Source of the DNA: a virus
Lineage: Duplodnaviria; Caudoviricetes
Length of the DNA: 46,640 nt
IMG/VR virus record: IMGVR_UViG_3300027804_003258
Span: 1-46,640 of that record
Reading direction: 5' to 3' (one strand)
In this document: positions 29,619-38,939 of the stretch, piece after piece
How the letters are laid out: every line of letters begins with the position of its first letter
Position numbering within the stretch: position 1 is the first letter of the stretch
Program-made: the position numbers and the translations under genes
The notes under the pieces: model-generated
The model's input: only the letters and a program-made list of their open reading frames with translations
What the model was told of the DNA's origin: nothing
Databases searched by the model: none

Positions 29619-30674
29619 ATGGGAAATGTTAACAAAGAAAGAGTCCTTTTGTCAATTAAAAATTTGAGAGAAAAAAAAGCAAGACTCTACTTCTTCATTC
29701 AAGACACTAAAGGAAACGCCAAAGCATCAATAAGATATATCTATCAAATGGCGCTAACTCTAAAAAAAGCGGGGTTCAATTCAATAATGCTTCATGAGAA
29801 AAAAGATTATACTGGTGTAGCTAATTGGCTTGGCAGCGAATATATGGAACAATTGGAACATAAGCCAATCGAGGGACAAAATTTAGAAATCGCACCCGAA
29901 GATTTTTTGATACTTCCTGAAATATTTGGATTTGTAATGGACCAAGTTAAACAACTTCCTTGTGCTAAAATTGTTCTTGTACAACAATATGCTCATATGT
30001 TGGAAACTTTACAACCTGGTCAAACTTGGAATCAATTTGGATTTTTCAAATGTATTACAACTTCACATACTCAAAAAGAATATATCGAGAAAGTTTTCAG
30101 AAATATTTCATATGACATAATCGAACCAATTGTGAGTGAGAGTTTTTCGAAAAGAAAAGTCCCGCCAATGCCAATCATTGCGGTACACACAAAAGACCAA
30201 GATGATGCGATTAATTTAATTAAAACATTCTACCTAAAATTCCCTCAATACAGATGGTTTACTTTCAGAGATATGAGAGGTTTGTCTGAAAAGGAATTTG
30301 CAAAATCACTTAAAGAATGTTTCTTGAGTGTATGGATTGATAATAAAAGCGGATTTGGAACATTCCCTTTAGAGTCTATGTCCTGTGGTGTTCCTTGTAT
30401 TGGAATTGTACCAAATTTACAACCAGAGTGGATGAACGAATCCAACGGTATTTGGGTTGATGATTTAACTTTGATGTCAGATTACATAGCAGATTTTGCA
30501 CAAAATTGGTTGGAGGATAACATCAAACCTGAAGTTTACGAAGGAATGGAAAAAACCGCACAGAAATACAGTGATAAACAATCATTTGAATCTAAAATAA
30601 TTCAAATATTCGAAGGATATCTGACTTACAGAGCAGACACTTTAGAACAACAAATTTCAAAAACAGAAGAATAA
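29619..30674 (+). CDS. glycosyltransferase (GT-B-like)
   Basis: ILPEI, SGFGTFPLESMSCGVPCIG (E-x7-E-like region). Confidence 0.75.
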   Translation: MGNVNKERVLLSIKNLREKKARLYFFIQDTKGNAKASIRYIYQMALTLKKAGFNSIMLHEKKDYTGVANWLGSEYMEQLEHKPIEGQNLEIAPEDFLILPEIFGFVMDQVKQLPCAKIVLVQQYAHMLETLQPGQTWNQFGFFKCITTSHTQKEYIEKVFRNISYDIIEPIVSESFSKRKVPPMPIIAVHTKDQDDAINLIKTFYLKFPQYRWFTFRDMRGLSEKEFAKSLKECFLSVWIDNKSGFGTFPLESMSCGVPCIGIVPNLQPEWMNESNGIWVDDLTLMSDYIADFAQNWLEDNIKPEVYEGMEKTAQKYSDKQSFESKIIQIFEGYLTYRADTLEQQISKTEE

Positions 30675-30675
30675 T

Positions 30676-31482
30676 ATGAGCAACAAATTCAACGTATCAG
30701 TAATATTACCAATCAAATCAGCTTTGGCTAAAGATTTTGATGAATATTTTAAAAAAGCAATTGATTCTCTTAAGAATCAAAAAGTGAGTATTGATGAATT
30801 AGTTATCGTACACACACAAGAAGAAACCTTGGTAAAACTTTTGGAAGTTTATGATTTTGGAGAACTTTCAGTTACAAAACTTGTTTGGGATAAATCACCA
30901 AACTTCGCTGAACAGGTAAACTATGGTATCTCCCAATCAAGGAACTCTTGGGTTTCATTATTTGAGTTTGACGATGAATATTCTAACATTTGGTTTAAAA
31001 ATGTTTTAGAGTATACGGAAGTTTATCCAGATGTTCAAATGTTCTTACCTGTAGTTGTAGATACAGATGAAAAAGGTCAGTTTGCAGGATTTACAAATGA
31101 AGCAACATTCGCCGCGAATTTCGCACAGGAAATGAGTTATTTAACAAACGAAACATTACAAGATTATCAAAATTTTCAGACCGCTGGCTCTGTATTCAAA
31201 AAACAACTAATAGAAGATTTTGGAGGGTTCAAACCATCTATCAAACTGACATTTGTCTACGAATTTTTACTCAGACTCACCTATAATTCAACTTCGATTA
31301 TGACGATTCCTAAACTAGGATATAAGCACACCAACCTTCGTGAAGGTTCTTTATTTTGGAATTATAAGTTTGCTGAAGATAAAATGTTGGAAGATGAAGT
31401 TAAATTTTGGGTTCAGACAGCAAAGAAAGAATATTTCTTCACTGACGACAGAGTCATAAAATATGAACCACAAAATGTATAA
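30676..31482 (+). CDS. glycosyltransferase family 2-like
   Basis: VSVILPI, QVNYGI, LFEFDD, YEFLLRL. Confidence 0.75.
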   Translation: MSNKFNVSVILPIKSALAKDFDEYFKKAIDSLKNQKVSIDELVIVHTQEETLVKLLEVYDFGELSVTKLVWDKSPNFAEQVNYGISQSRNSWVSLFEFDDEYSNIWFKNVLEYTEVYPDVQMFLPVVVDTDEKGQFAGFTNEATFAANFAQEMSYLTNETLQDYQNFQTAGSVFKKQLIEDFGGFKPSIKLTFVYEFLLRLTYNSTSIMTIPKLGYKHTNLREGSLFWNYKFAEDKMLEDEVKFWVQTAKKEYFFTDDRVIKYEPQNV

Positions 31483-32228
31483 TGTCAGAAACACTCTCTG
31501 CAGTTACAGAAGATGTTTCGTCAAAAAAAAGAGGTAGAAAAGCTGTTAAAGAAAACTATTTCGATGTAAGAGAAGAAACCGCTGTAAGAAAATTTCTAAT
31601 TGCCGATACGGCAGAAGAAAAAAATAAAATTTACAACGAGTTCTTGAGGGCTCCTCTTGATAAGATGATTTCTTCAATCATCAGACGTTACAAACTATAC
31701 AGGAAAGATATGGATTTTGAGGAAATCCATATTGATACTCATTCCTTTCTTATGACGAAGGTTGATAAGTTTAAACCTTCGAAAAATAAGAAAGCGTATT
31801 CGTATTTTGGAACAATCTGTAAGAATTATTTGATGGGTCAAATTATAAAAGACCAAAAAGAAATTAACAGAAAGGTTTCGTATGAAGACATCTCTTCGAG
31901 TATTGAAGAGAGACCAGATATGAGTTATCGAATTGATGAAGACATTGTAGAAAGTGATTTAGTTATAAATGAATATTTGAATGAACTTAAAGCTTTCATT
32001 GATAATGAGTCTTTAAACGACAATGAAAAAAAATTGGGTTACGCATTAGTTGATTTATTTGAGAATTATGAGACCATCTTTTCAGGAGCAGAAAATAACA
32101 AATTCAACAAAAACGTAATCTTACTCTCTTTAAGGGAGATGACAAATTTGAGTACCAAGGAAATAAGAGGTTCAATAAAGAAGTTCAAAAAACTCTACAT
32201 TGTAATACAGGGTCGTTTAAAAAATTAA
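31482..32228 (+). CDS. phage RNA polymerase sigma factor (gp55-like)
   Basis: NYF near the N-terminus; region-2-like KVDKFKPSKNKKAYSYFGTICKNYL. Confidence 0.65.
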   Translation: MSETLSAVTEDVSSKKRGRKAVKENYFDVREETAVRKFLIADTAEEKNKIYNEFLRAPLDKMISSIIRRYKLYRKDMDFEEIHIDTHSFLMTKVDKFKPSKNKKAYSYFGTICKNYLMGQIIKDQKEINRKVSYEDISSSIEERPDMSYRIDEDIVESDLVINEYLNELKAFIDNESLNDNEKKLGYALVDLFENYETIFSGAENNKFNKNVILLSLREMTNLSTKEIRGSIKKFKKLYIVIQGRLKN

Positions 32229-32235
32229 GATAAAC

Positions 32236-32243
32236 TATTTATA
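32236..32243 (+). promoter_or_regulatory. putative late promoter box TATTTATA
   Basis: TATTTATA-GAC-ATG. Confidence 0.65.
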
Positions 32244-32246
32244 GAC

Positions 32247-32612
32247 ATGCCTAGACCACAAAAAAAAGAGATTAATTTAACTAAAGAATCAATGTTATCA
32301 TTGATGCAGGAAATCTATAATGAACTAGTTGAACAACGAAATACCGCTATAAGGATACAAAATAAAATGTTAACCTTTATGAAAGACCCAGAGGATATGC
32401 AAACTATTGGTCCGGTAATTGAAAAGCAACAAAAAATAATCAACGACTGTGTCGAAAAAAAGTTAACACTTTCCAAACTACAATCATCCATTTGGGAAAA
32501 ATCAAACCAAAGTACAGAGTCGTTTACACTTTCTGACTTGGATGATGATTTACTTCAGAATCTAATTGAGAAAGATGTTTCCAATGATGAGGAAACCTAT
32601 AAAATGAAGTAG
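32247..32612 (+). CDS. hypothetical helical protein
   Basis: 121-aa ORF with late box. Confidence 0.8.
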   Translation: MPRPQKKEINLTKESMLSLMQEIYNELVEQRNTAIRIQNKMLTFMKDPEDMQTIGPVIEKQQKIINDCVEKKLTLSKLQSSIWEKSNQSTESFTLSDLDDDLLQNLIEKDVSNDEETYKMK

Positions 32613-32614
32613 AG

Positions 32615-34732
32615 ATGCAAAATGTTGATGTTACTCAAGGGTGGAAAAATATATCAGGCGAGGTTGATGCCCTCAAGACTTATAGGGAACTGATTGTAGA
32701 CAAAAAAAGATTGAGGAAAAAAAGCGCAAATTCTGCTGCACAGTCTGCCGCAAAAGTTTCCGAACAGCTGAATAAAATATCTGAACAACAGAAAAGATTT
32801 CAAAAAACCATACCAACATCTACAGATAATCTTTTGAATCTTTTCGGCCAGATTAACGGTAATGGGTCACAAACTGTTAGATTTTTAAGACAAAAATGTT
32901 TAGAAACCGCAACTAAAATAGGTCCACAAGTTTTAGAAATTATAGAAGAGGAATCAATTAAAGCAATTGGGTGTTCACAAGAACAAACTTTCAAAGGGGT
33001 ATCATCTTCTCAATTAGACCAAGTTGGGTCAATTAACGCCCTTCCTCAACAAGAGGGGATTTATCTCCCAATGACGAGTTTAGATTTTTTTGGTAGTTTA
33101 AAAACAAGCCCTTACAATATTCTTGGTAAATCATACTATGAAAAACCAAACCCTTCTGTAAATCCCATATTTAGACCCTACGGTGGATTCAGTGGATACC
33201 CTATGAACAAAGAATTTTATTTCAGAATGGAATCAAGAAATGTTGATAGGTCATTCAAACAAGAGTATGGTAAATATTATCAAGGTATCACAGGTCAAGA
33301 ACTATTTGATTTTCAATACACAAAAAATAATAGTTTTAATATTCCTGGTGATTACATGAGAATAATTTTATTAGATAGAAAAAGCCCTGATGGTACTGTT
33401 ACAGGAAGTACAGCAAATAAGGTTGGTCAATTTATCAAGGATTATTATGCAACAATAAATTTAGTTGATTCAGTAGATATAACTAGACAACTCGTTAACG
33501 TTTTAAGTGGAGGTTTAAGTTTTAAGGCTGGTTTAGGGAACGAAGACATAACAAATCAATCTAAATTCGAATTATTAATACAAAGGATTTTGGGTTTATG
33601 TTCCGATAACAGAAATGAAATCGATGTAAGTGGTATAGCTAAAATTGGAGAACTAGATGGTGTTGATGAATCATTTTTCGAATTCAATGAGGTAGATTTA
33701 CGTAATATAGATATACAGGTTTCAAACATACAGAATGGTGTAATGGAGTTTACTGATTGCGAAAATGTTAAATTACCTGTAGACGCAGACCTTTTAGCTC
33801 AACAACTTGACGATTTCCGTGATAAAGTTGACGGAATGACCACAGAACAACAGGTTAATGAAATGGGAAAAATTTTGGATTCCATTTATGAAAATCCAGC
33901 ATGGCAAGCGACGATTCCTGCAAATTTTAACGCTGCGGTGAGTTTTAATAAAAATGTGATTAAACAACTTCCTCTAGCTGTTGTTGCCGCATTTTTAACA
34001 CCGAAAGTTATGTTACCCATACTCACTATGTTATCGGTAGTTCAGTCAGGCGCAACTTATACGGCAAATCAATTCATAACTTCGGCAAACACATTTATTG
34101 CAAGTGCAAATTCAGCAATAACTTCAGCAAACACAATCAACAATCAAGCCTCAAATGTAATCAACAATCAGGTAGATTTTTTGAATAAATTTAGAAGTTT
34201 TAATTTTGAAGTAGTTGCGAGAGTTGGAGAAATATTTCTTAAAACGCTTTTTGATTTAATTAAGAAAGATTTAATAAATTTAATATCTATAATTGTTGGT
34301 GAAGTTGCGAAAGGAAAATATAAGAAGTATGTACGTTCTATCACTAGGTTATCGCAATTCCTAACAATTCTAGCTCAATTAAGACAAAACTACAGAAATT
34401 GTAGAAGTCTTATTGATGATATACAACAGATTTTGAGATTGATTAATGGGTTACCAATTATCAGACAGAAAATACCTTTTTCTCTTCTCTTAATGTCTGA
34501 ATTTTTACCAGGATATTCCGCAGACAGAGCGACAATAAACGTAATAAGAAATTTACAATTTCTAGGAATACCAACAGGTCCTTTACCTGATGGTTCACCT
34601 AATTTGATGAATCAACTTATTGATGCAATAACGAACGGTTCAGATGAAGAGATGTCCAAAAATGGTGTTTCCGATATAGAAGTTGGAATTCCAACAATCG
34701 GAAAAATAAGTATACCAAATATGCCAAGATAA
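32615..34732 (+). CDS. large hypothetical structural protein
   Basis: 705-aa ORF upstream of the baseplate spike-like gene; TSANT repeats. Confidence 0.7.
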   Translation: MQNVDVTQGWKNISGEVDALKTYRELIVDKKRLRKKSANSAAQSAAKVSEQLNKISEQQKRFQKTIPTSTDNLLNLFGQINGNGSQTVRFLRQKCLETATKIGPQVLEIIEEESIKAIGCSQEQTFKGVSSSQLDQVGSINALPQQEGIYLPMTSLDFFGSLKTSPYNILGKSYYEKPNPSVNPIFRPYGGFSGYPMNKEFYFRMESRNVDRSFKQEYGKYYQGITGQELFDFQYTKNNSFNIPGDYMRIILLDRKSPDGTVTGSTANKVGQFIKDYYATINLVDSVDITRQLVNVLSGGLSFKAGLGNEDITNQSKFELLIQRILGLCSDNRNEIDVSGIAKIGELDGVDESFFEFNEVDLRNIDIQVSNIQNGVMEFTDCENVKLPVDADLLAQQLDDFRDKVDGMTTEQQVNEMGKILDSIYENPAWQATIPANFNAAVSFNKNVIKQLPLAVVAAFLTPKVMLPILTMLSVVQSGATYTANQFITSANTFIASANSAITSANTINNQASNVINNQVDFLNKFRSFNFEVVARVGEIFLKTLFDLIKKDLINLISIIVGEVAKGKYKKYVRSITRLSQFLTILAQLRQNYRNCRSLIDDIQQILRLINGLPIIRQKIPFSLLLMSEFLPGYSADRATINVIRNLQFLGIPTGPLPDGSPNLMNQLIDAITNGSDEEMSKNGVSDIEVGIPTIGKISIPNMPR

Positions 34733-34733
34733 A

Positions 34734-34940
34734 ATGACAAAACAAGAATTCGAAGAAATCAAAAGTCAACAGACGGACTTAAAGAATTTACCGAACACAA
34801 CTCTTATAAGTTCAATGGATAAATTATCCACTGATTTCGAAATCATAAAGGAAAGTATTATACAACAGACAATTTATTTGGATGAAGTAGAATCTTTATA
34901 TAATAACATTTTGAAAGAATTTCAATCTAGAGGACAATGA
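34734..34940 (+). CDS. hypothetical coiled-coil protein
   Basis: 68-aa coupled ORF. Confidence 0.7.
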   Translation: MTKQEFEEIKSQQTDLKNLPNTTLISSMDKLSTDFEIIKESIIQQTIYLDEVESLYNNILKEFQSRGQ

Positions 34941-36514
34941 GTCAGAATATTTTATATCAGTGTTTAATATTGGATAACCAAGACCCTCTCATGCTTGGAA
35001 GAGTTCGAGGTACCTTGTTGATTGACAACTATCAAGATATTATTAAATCTTTCAACGACCCCAAATGGGACGAACAAACTGATGCTTGGAGCAAAAGGGA
35101 CCCTTTTATTTTTACACCTTTACTACCTTATTTCGTATATCAAGTACCAAAACAAGGAGAATTAGTACAAGTTATATATACAACATTACCGGATGAGAAT
35201 GGTCATCCTTACATAAACCAATATTATATACAAAGTAATTTTTATTCACCAACATCATCATTCTACCAATATTTTGAGGGTGCCAATAAATTTACAGGTA
35301 CAGGTTTTCAAATTCAAGAACCGAAGCCATTAAGAAATAAAGATGGAAGTTACACAGAAAAAGGACAACATAGAGGTGTTTTTCCTGAACCAGATGATGT
35401 TGCGGTTCTTGGCAGAAACAGTGCTGATTTGATTATAAAAAAAGATGAAGTTCTTTTAAGGGCCGGTAAATTTACATCTCCTACTCTGGAACCAAACCAA
35501 ATTCCACAAGCAAACAATAAAAGGGGTTTTTTACAAATTACAAGATTTGACAGCACTCTTGTAGAAAAAGAACCTAAATTTTTAAGAAAGATTACAAAAT
35601 CAAATTTACTTGTAAAATATTTGATTGAGTACGTCATTATAAATCCAGAAAATGAAATAATTGACCCTGACGGGACTGTTTCCAACAAATTTACAGGTGC
35701 CGTTTATCTTTATCAACTGAAACCTGACAAACAAACAACTTCAGGAAATATTTCAGCAGGTTCTGTTATACCAGGGGTTTTGAAAAAATTAGTTGTTGCA
35801 GAATCTTTCATTGGACTTAATAAAACAGAAACAATTGATTTTATAAACGCTTTCATAAGTAGAATGAATTCTTCTGACACCACAAGGACAGGAAAACCCG
35901 TATTTCAATCTACTGACCCGAATACAGGAAATGCAGACAAATTTCCAATATACTACAGACCAAACTTCTTCATGTACTCGGTATTAAACCCAAGAACAAA
36001 TCAAAAATTTTCAGAAAAAGCCATAAAAAATGCAACCGACATCTACAAAGGCATAAAGTTGAAACCATCAATAAAAGAATTCGGATACGGATTAATATGG
36101 AAAAAAGATGAAGTTGGAGAACCTCTCGACATAAAAAAACAAAAGGTAACTCAAGTTGAATACAACAGCACTCCATCAACTTACTCAGCGCTTGCGGCAG
36201 ACAAACTATTTTTGATTTCACACAATTCAGACATCCCAGGTAAAAGAAGATTTATTTTATCAGATTCACTCTATGGTATACCAACAGAAACTTTTACGAA
36301 TGAAATTATTCCCAACACCTCAAGTTTAGTAAGAGGTGAAGAACTTATTGAATTGATTAATTTGATTGTAAAATTCCTCATTACACACACTCACGCATAC
36401 CCGAATCTACCACCTGTAGAAATTACTCAAGAAGGAACAAGCACTGCGGATATCCTTAACGAAATGCAGAACGCGGCTAAAAAAATCTTGAATAGCAATA
36501 TTCGTTTGAATTGA
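34937..36514 (+). CDS. baseplate hub/central spike protein (gp5/VgrG OB-fold-like)
   Basis: N-terminal DNQDPLMLGRVR...VPKQGELVQV; C-terminal HxH (THTH) metal-binding spike motif. Confidence 0.7.
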   Translation: MSQNILYQCLILDNQDPLMLGRVRGTLLIDNYQDIIKSFNDPKWDEQTDAWSKRDPFIFTPLLPYFVYQVPKQGELVQVIYTTLPDENGHPYINQYYIQSNFYSPTSSFYQYFEGANKFTGTGFQIQEPKPLRNKDGSYTEKGQHRGVFPEPDDVAVLGRNSADLIIKKDEVLLRAGKFTSPTLEPNQIPQANNKRGFLQITRFDSTLVEKEPKFLRKITKSNLLVKYLIEYVIINPENEIIDPDGTVSNKFTGAVYLYQLKPDKQTTSGNISAGSVIPGVLKKLVVAESFIGLNKTETIDFINAFISRMNSSDTTRTGKPVFQSTDPNTGNADKFPIYYRPNFFMYSVLNPRTNQKFSEKAIKNATDIYKGIKLKPSIKEFGYGLIWKKDEVGEPLDIKKQKVTQVEYNSTPSTYSALAADKLFLISHNSDIPGKRRFILSDSLYGIPTETFTNEIIPNTSSLVRGEELIELINLIVKFLITHTHAYPNLPPVEITQEGTSTADILNEMQNAAKKILNSNIRLN

Positions 36515-36522
36515 TATTTATA
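36515..36522 (+). promoter_or_regulatory. putative late promoter box TATTTATA
   Basis: 11 nt upstream of the ATG at 36534. Confidence 0.65.
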
Positions 36523-36533
36523 AGAAAAAGTAA

Positions 36534-38036
36534 ATGTCGATTTTAAGGTCATATGTTGATAAGAACAATACAATAGTTTCTAACTCTTATGTTAATACAG
36601 CTAGAAACCCTGTTATTGAATTGAATTTTGGTGCGTCAGATAATATCGTTCCAAACTTCGGTTACTCAAGATTACTTTTCGATTTAGATTTAGATTTATT
36701 ATTGGAAAACATCAATAATGGAATTATTTCAACAGGATGTACCACAGGAATGACCCATGTTTTGAACTTTACAAACACATCTTCGTTTGACAACGAACTT
36801 TTGAACACTTTCATGTCTAACTCGAGGAGAAGAGCAACATCTTTCGATTTAATTCTTTTCAGAATTCCAAAATATTCGGGTTCGACAGGTAATCCGCAGT
36901 ATTGGGACGAAGGCGTTGGATATGATTATAATGATTTTAATTTAGCCAAAAATAGTGGTCAAGGAGGTCAATCACCATTGACATACGTTGACCCAAGAGC
37001 ATTTTCAACAAGACCTTCAAACTGGTATCAAACAACAACGATAAGTGGTTGGTCAGAGAATGGGGTGTACAATAATAGGAATGAAGGGGATGTAAATTAT
37101 TCAGGTCTAACAATAATCGCAACTCAACATTTCCAATACGGAAATGAGGACATTGTGATGGACATGACAAATGAAATTAATTCAATTATAGATGGTACAC
37201 TTACAGGCGTTACAGGATGGGGAGTTGCATATGTACCACAACTCGAAAATATTACAGGGTTAACGGACAGCTATAGTGTTGCATTTTTTTCGAAATACAC
37301 TCAAACTTTCTATCAACCTTTCTTACAAACAACTTATGACGATTTAATTTTAGACGATAGGAATAGATTTTTGAGAAATCAAACTAACAAATTATATCTT
37401 TATGTGTATCAGAATGGTGATGCTGTTAATTTGGATACAACACCTATTGTAAGAATTGAAGACAGAGATGGTGTTGCAGTAAATGGAATGGCCGCACTTT
37501 CCACTTGTTTAAGAACAAGAGGTGTTTATGAGGTTATAATTCCTAATGGATTTTCTGGTTCACCCACTCCTTGTATGTTCTATGATGTTTGGAGTGGTCT
37601 CACAATAAACGGCCAAGGGATTCCAAATATAACTAATCAATTTATTTTACAAGAATATTCAGCAGGAATTCAAATTGGTGTAAGTTCACGTGAACCTGAA
37701 AAATTTGGATTCGACTTTTATGGAATATTACAAAATGAAAAAATATTGAACTCCGATATAAGAAAAGTTGGAGTCACGATAAAAAAAGCCTATACAGGAC
37801 AACAACCTTTGGACGGAATAACCGCATTCTACAGAGTTTATGTCAAGGAGGGAACAACCGAAGTACAAGTTCAAGATTGGACTCAAATAAATAGAACTCC
37901 AAATGAGTATTATTTCATGTTTGACATGAGAGATAAAATTCCAAATCAATATTATGTTGACATTCAAGTGAACACTAGTGGAGAAAAGGATACTTATAAA
38001 AGAGAATTAACTTTTGAAATCGTAAATAAAAAATGA
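36534..38036 (+). CDS. putative virion structural protein
   Basis: 500-aa beta-rich ORF with late box; YSRLLFD, WDEGVGYDY. Confidence 0.7.
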   Translation: MSILRSYVDKNNTIVSNSYVNTARNPVIELNFGASDNIVPNFGYSRLLFDLDLDLLLENINNGIISTGCTTGMTHVLNFTNTSSFDNELLNTFMSNSRRRATSFDLILFRIPKYSGSTGNPQYWDEGVGYDYNDFNLAKNSGQGGQSPLTYVDPRAFSTRPSNWYQTTTISGWSENGVYNNRNEGDVNYSGLTIIATQHFQYGNEDIVMDMTNEINSIIDGTLTGVTGWGVAYVPQLENITGLTDSYSVAFFSKYTQTFYQPFLQTTYDDLILDDRNRFLRNQTNKLYLYVYQNGDAVNLDTTPIVRIEDRDGVAVNGMAALSTCLRTRGVYEVIIPNGFSGSPTPCMFYDVWSGLTINGQGIPNITNQFILQEYSAGIQIGVSSREPEKFGFDFYGILQNEKILNSDIRKVGVTIKKAYTGQQPLDGITAFYRVYVKEGTTEVQVQDWTQINRTPNEYYFMFDMRDKIPNQYYVDIQVNTSGEKDTYKRELTFEIVNKK

Positions 38037-38500
38037 GAAATACTATCAAATTAAACGAAACTATATTGAACAACCTTGTTCAAAAAATAGTTAAAGAACA
38101 AAAAGAGACTGAAAACTACATGTTTTTTTCGAACCTAAAACAAATTCAAAGACAATGTGAAATGTTGTTGTCGATGGATTCAGGAATGATTGATTCTATT
38201 CTACAGAACGGTCATGACTGGGCTGATGACCATGTAAGTGAAGCCAAAGTTAATATGGACCAGGTTTTTGATTTCATTATGAACGAGAAGTCTAAAATGG
38301 AACAGTACGTTGAATATGAGGATTTGAATGAAGGTAAAAAGAAAACAGGTTCCAAACTTTGTGCTCGCGGTAAAGCCGCAGCTAAAGCTAAATTCAAAGT
38401 TTATCCAAGCGCATACGCAAATGGTTATGCAGTTCAAGTTTGTAAAGGAAAAATGCCCGGTACAGACGGAAAAAAACGTTGTTCAGGAAGTTATTGTTAA
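38033..38500 (+). CDS. acidic leader fused to a basic DUF5872-like module (YPSAYAN)
   Basis: AKAKFKVYPSAYANGYAVQVCK after ...EDLNE. Confidence 0.65.
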   Translation: MRNTIKLNETILNNLVQKIVKEQKETENYMFFSNLKQIQRQCEMLLSMDSGMIDSILQNGHDWADDHVSEAKVNMDQVFDFIMNEKSKMEQYVEYEDLNEGKKKTGSKLCARGKAAAKAKFKVYPSAYANGYAVQVCKGKMPGTDGKKRCSGSYC

Positions 38501-38524
38501 TTTGTTTAATTTCCATTATCTTTG
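38493..38524 (+). promoter_or_regulatory. Bacteroidota-type -33/-7 promoter
   Basis: ATTG-N20-TATCTTTG (TAnnTTTG), 4 nt before the ATG at 38529. Confidence 0.55.
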
Positions 38525-38528
38525 ATAT

Positions 38529-38939
38529 ATGGAACAAAAAATTGTTGGATACATTCCTAAATTATTATTCAAATTATATCTTTCCCTTAAAGATAAATTT
38601 GACCCTAGACCACCAATTACTCACGAAGAGCAATATTCTGTAGATATCTGCAAAAAACTTATTGTTAATGAAAGTTCCCATCTTACTTTAGCCCCAAAAT
38701 CATTCAAAAGATTTATAAGGAATGAGGACTACGACATGTTTATTGTCATTCAAGGAAGAACAATAAATCTAATTAATCACGTATATAGTTACAGCGTTTA
38801 TATTGAAAGTGAAGAACTCTATCGTGGACTTATTGAACAGTTTGATATGGAGTTAGAAAGAAGAAGAGAAGAATTAGAATCACAAATTACTAATAATATT
38901 CAACATTCTTTGCAGAATATACTCAACAAACTTAACTAA
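38529..38939 (+). CDS. hypothetical protein
   Basis: 136-aa ORF with host-type promoter. Confidence 0.75.
   Translation: MEQKIVGYIPKLLFKLYLSLKDKFDPRPPITHEEQYSVDICKKLIVNESSHLTLAPKSFKRFIRNEDYDMFIVIQGRTINLINHVYSYSVYIESEELYRGLIEQFDMELERRREELESQITNNIQHSLQNILNKLN

Noticed and set aside
11636-31482. Bacterial O-antigen/capsule locus (host contamination or prophage boundary)
   Set aside because: Interleaved and translationally coupled with phage-type dUTPase, exonuclease, PhoH and sigma genes, flanked by virion genes, and without recognisable export or polymerase genes.
9040-38437. Short minus-strand ORFs within the plus-strand operons
   Set aside because: Overlap well-supported genes on the other strand and show no recognisable motifs.
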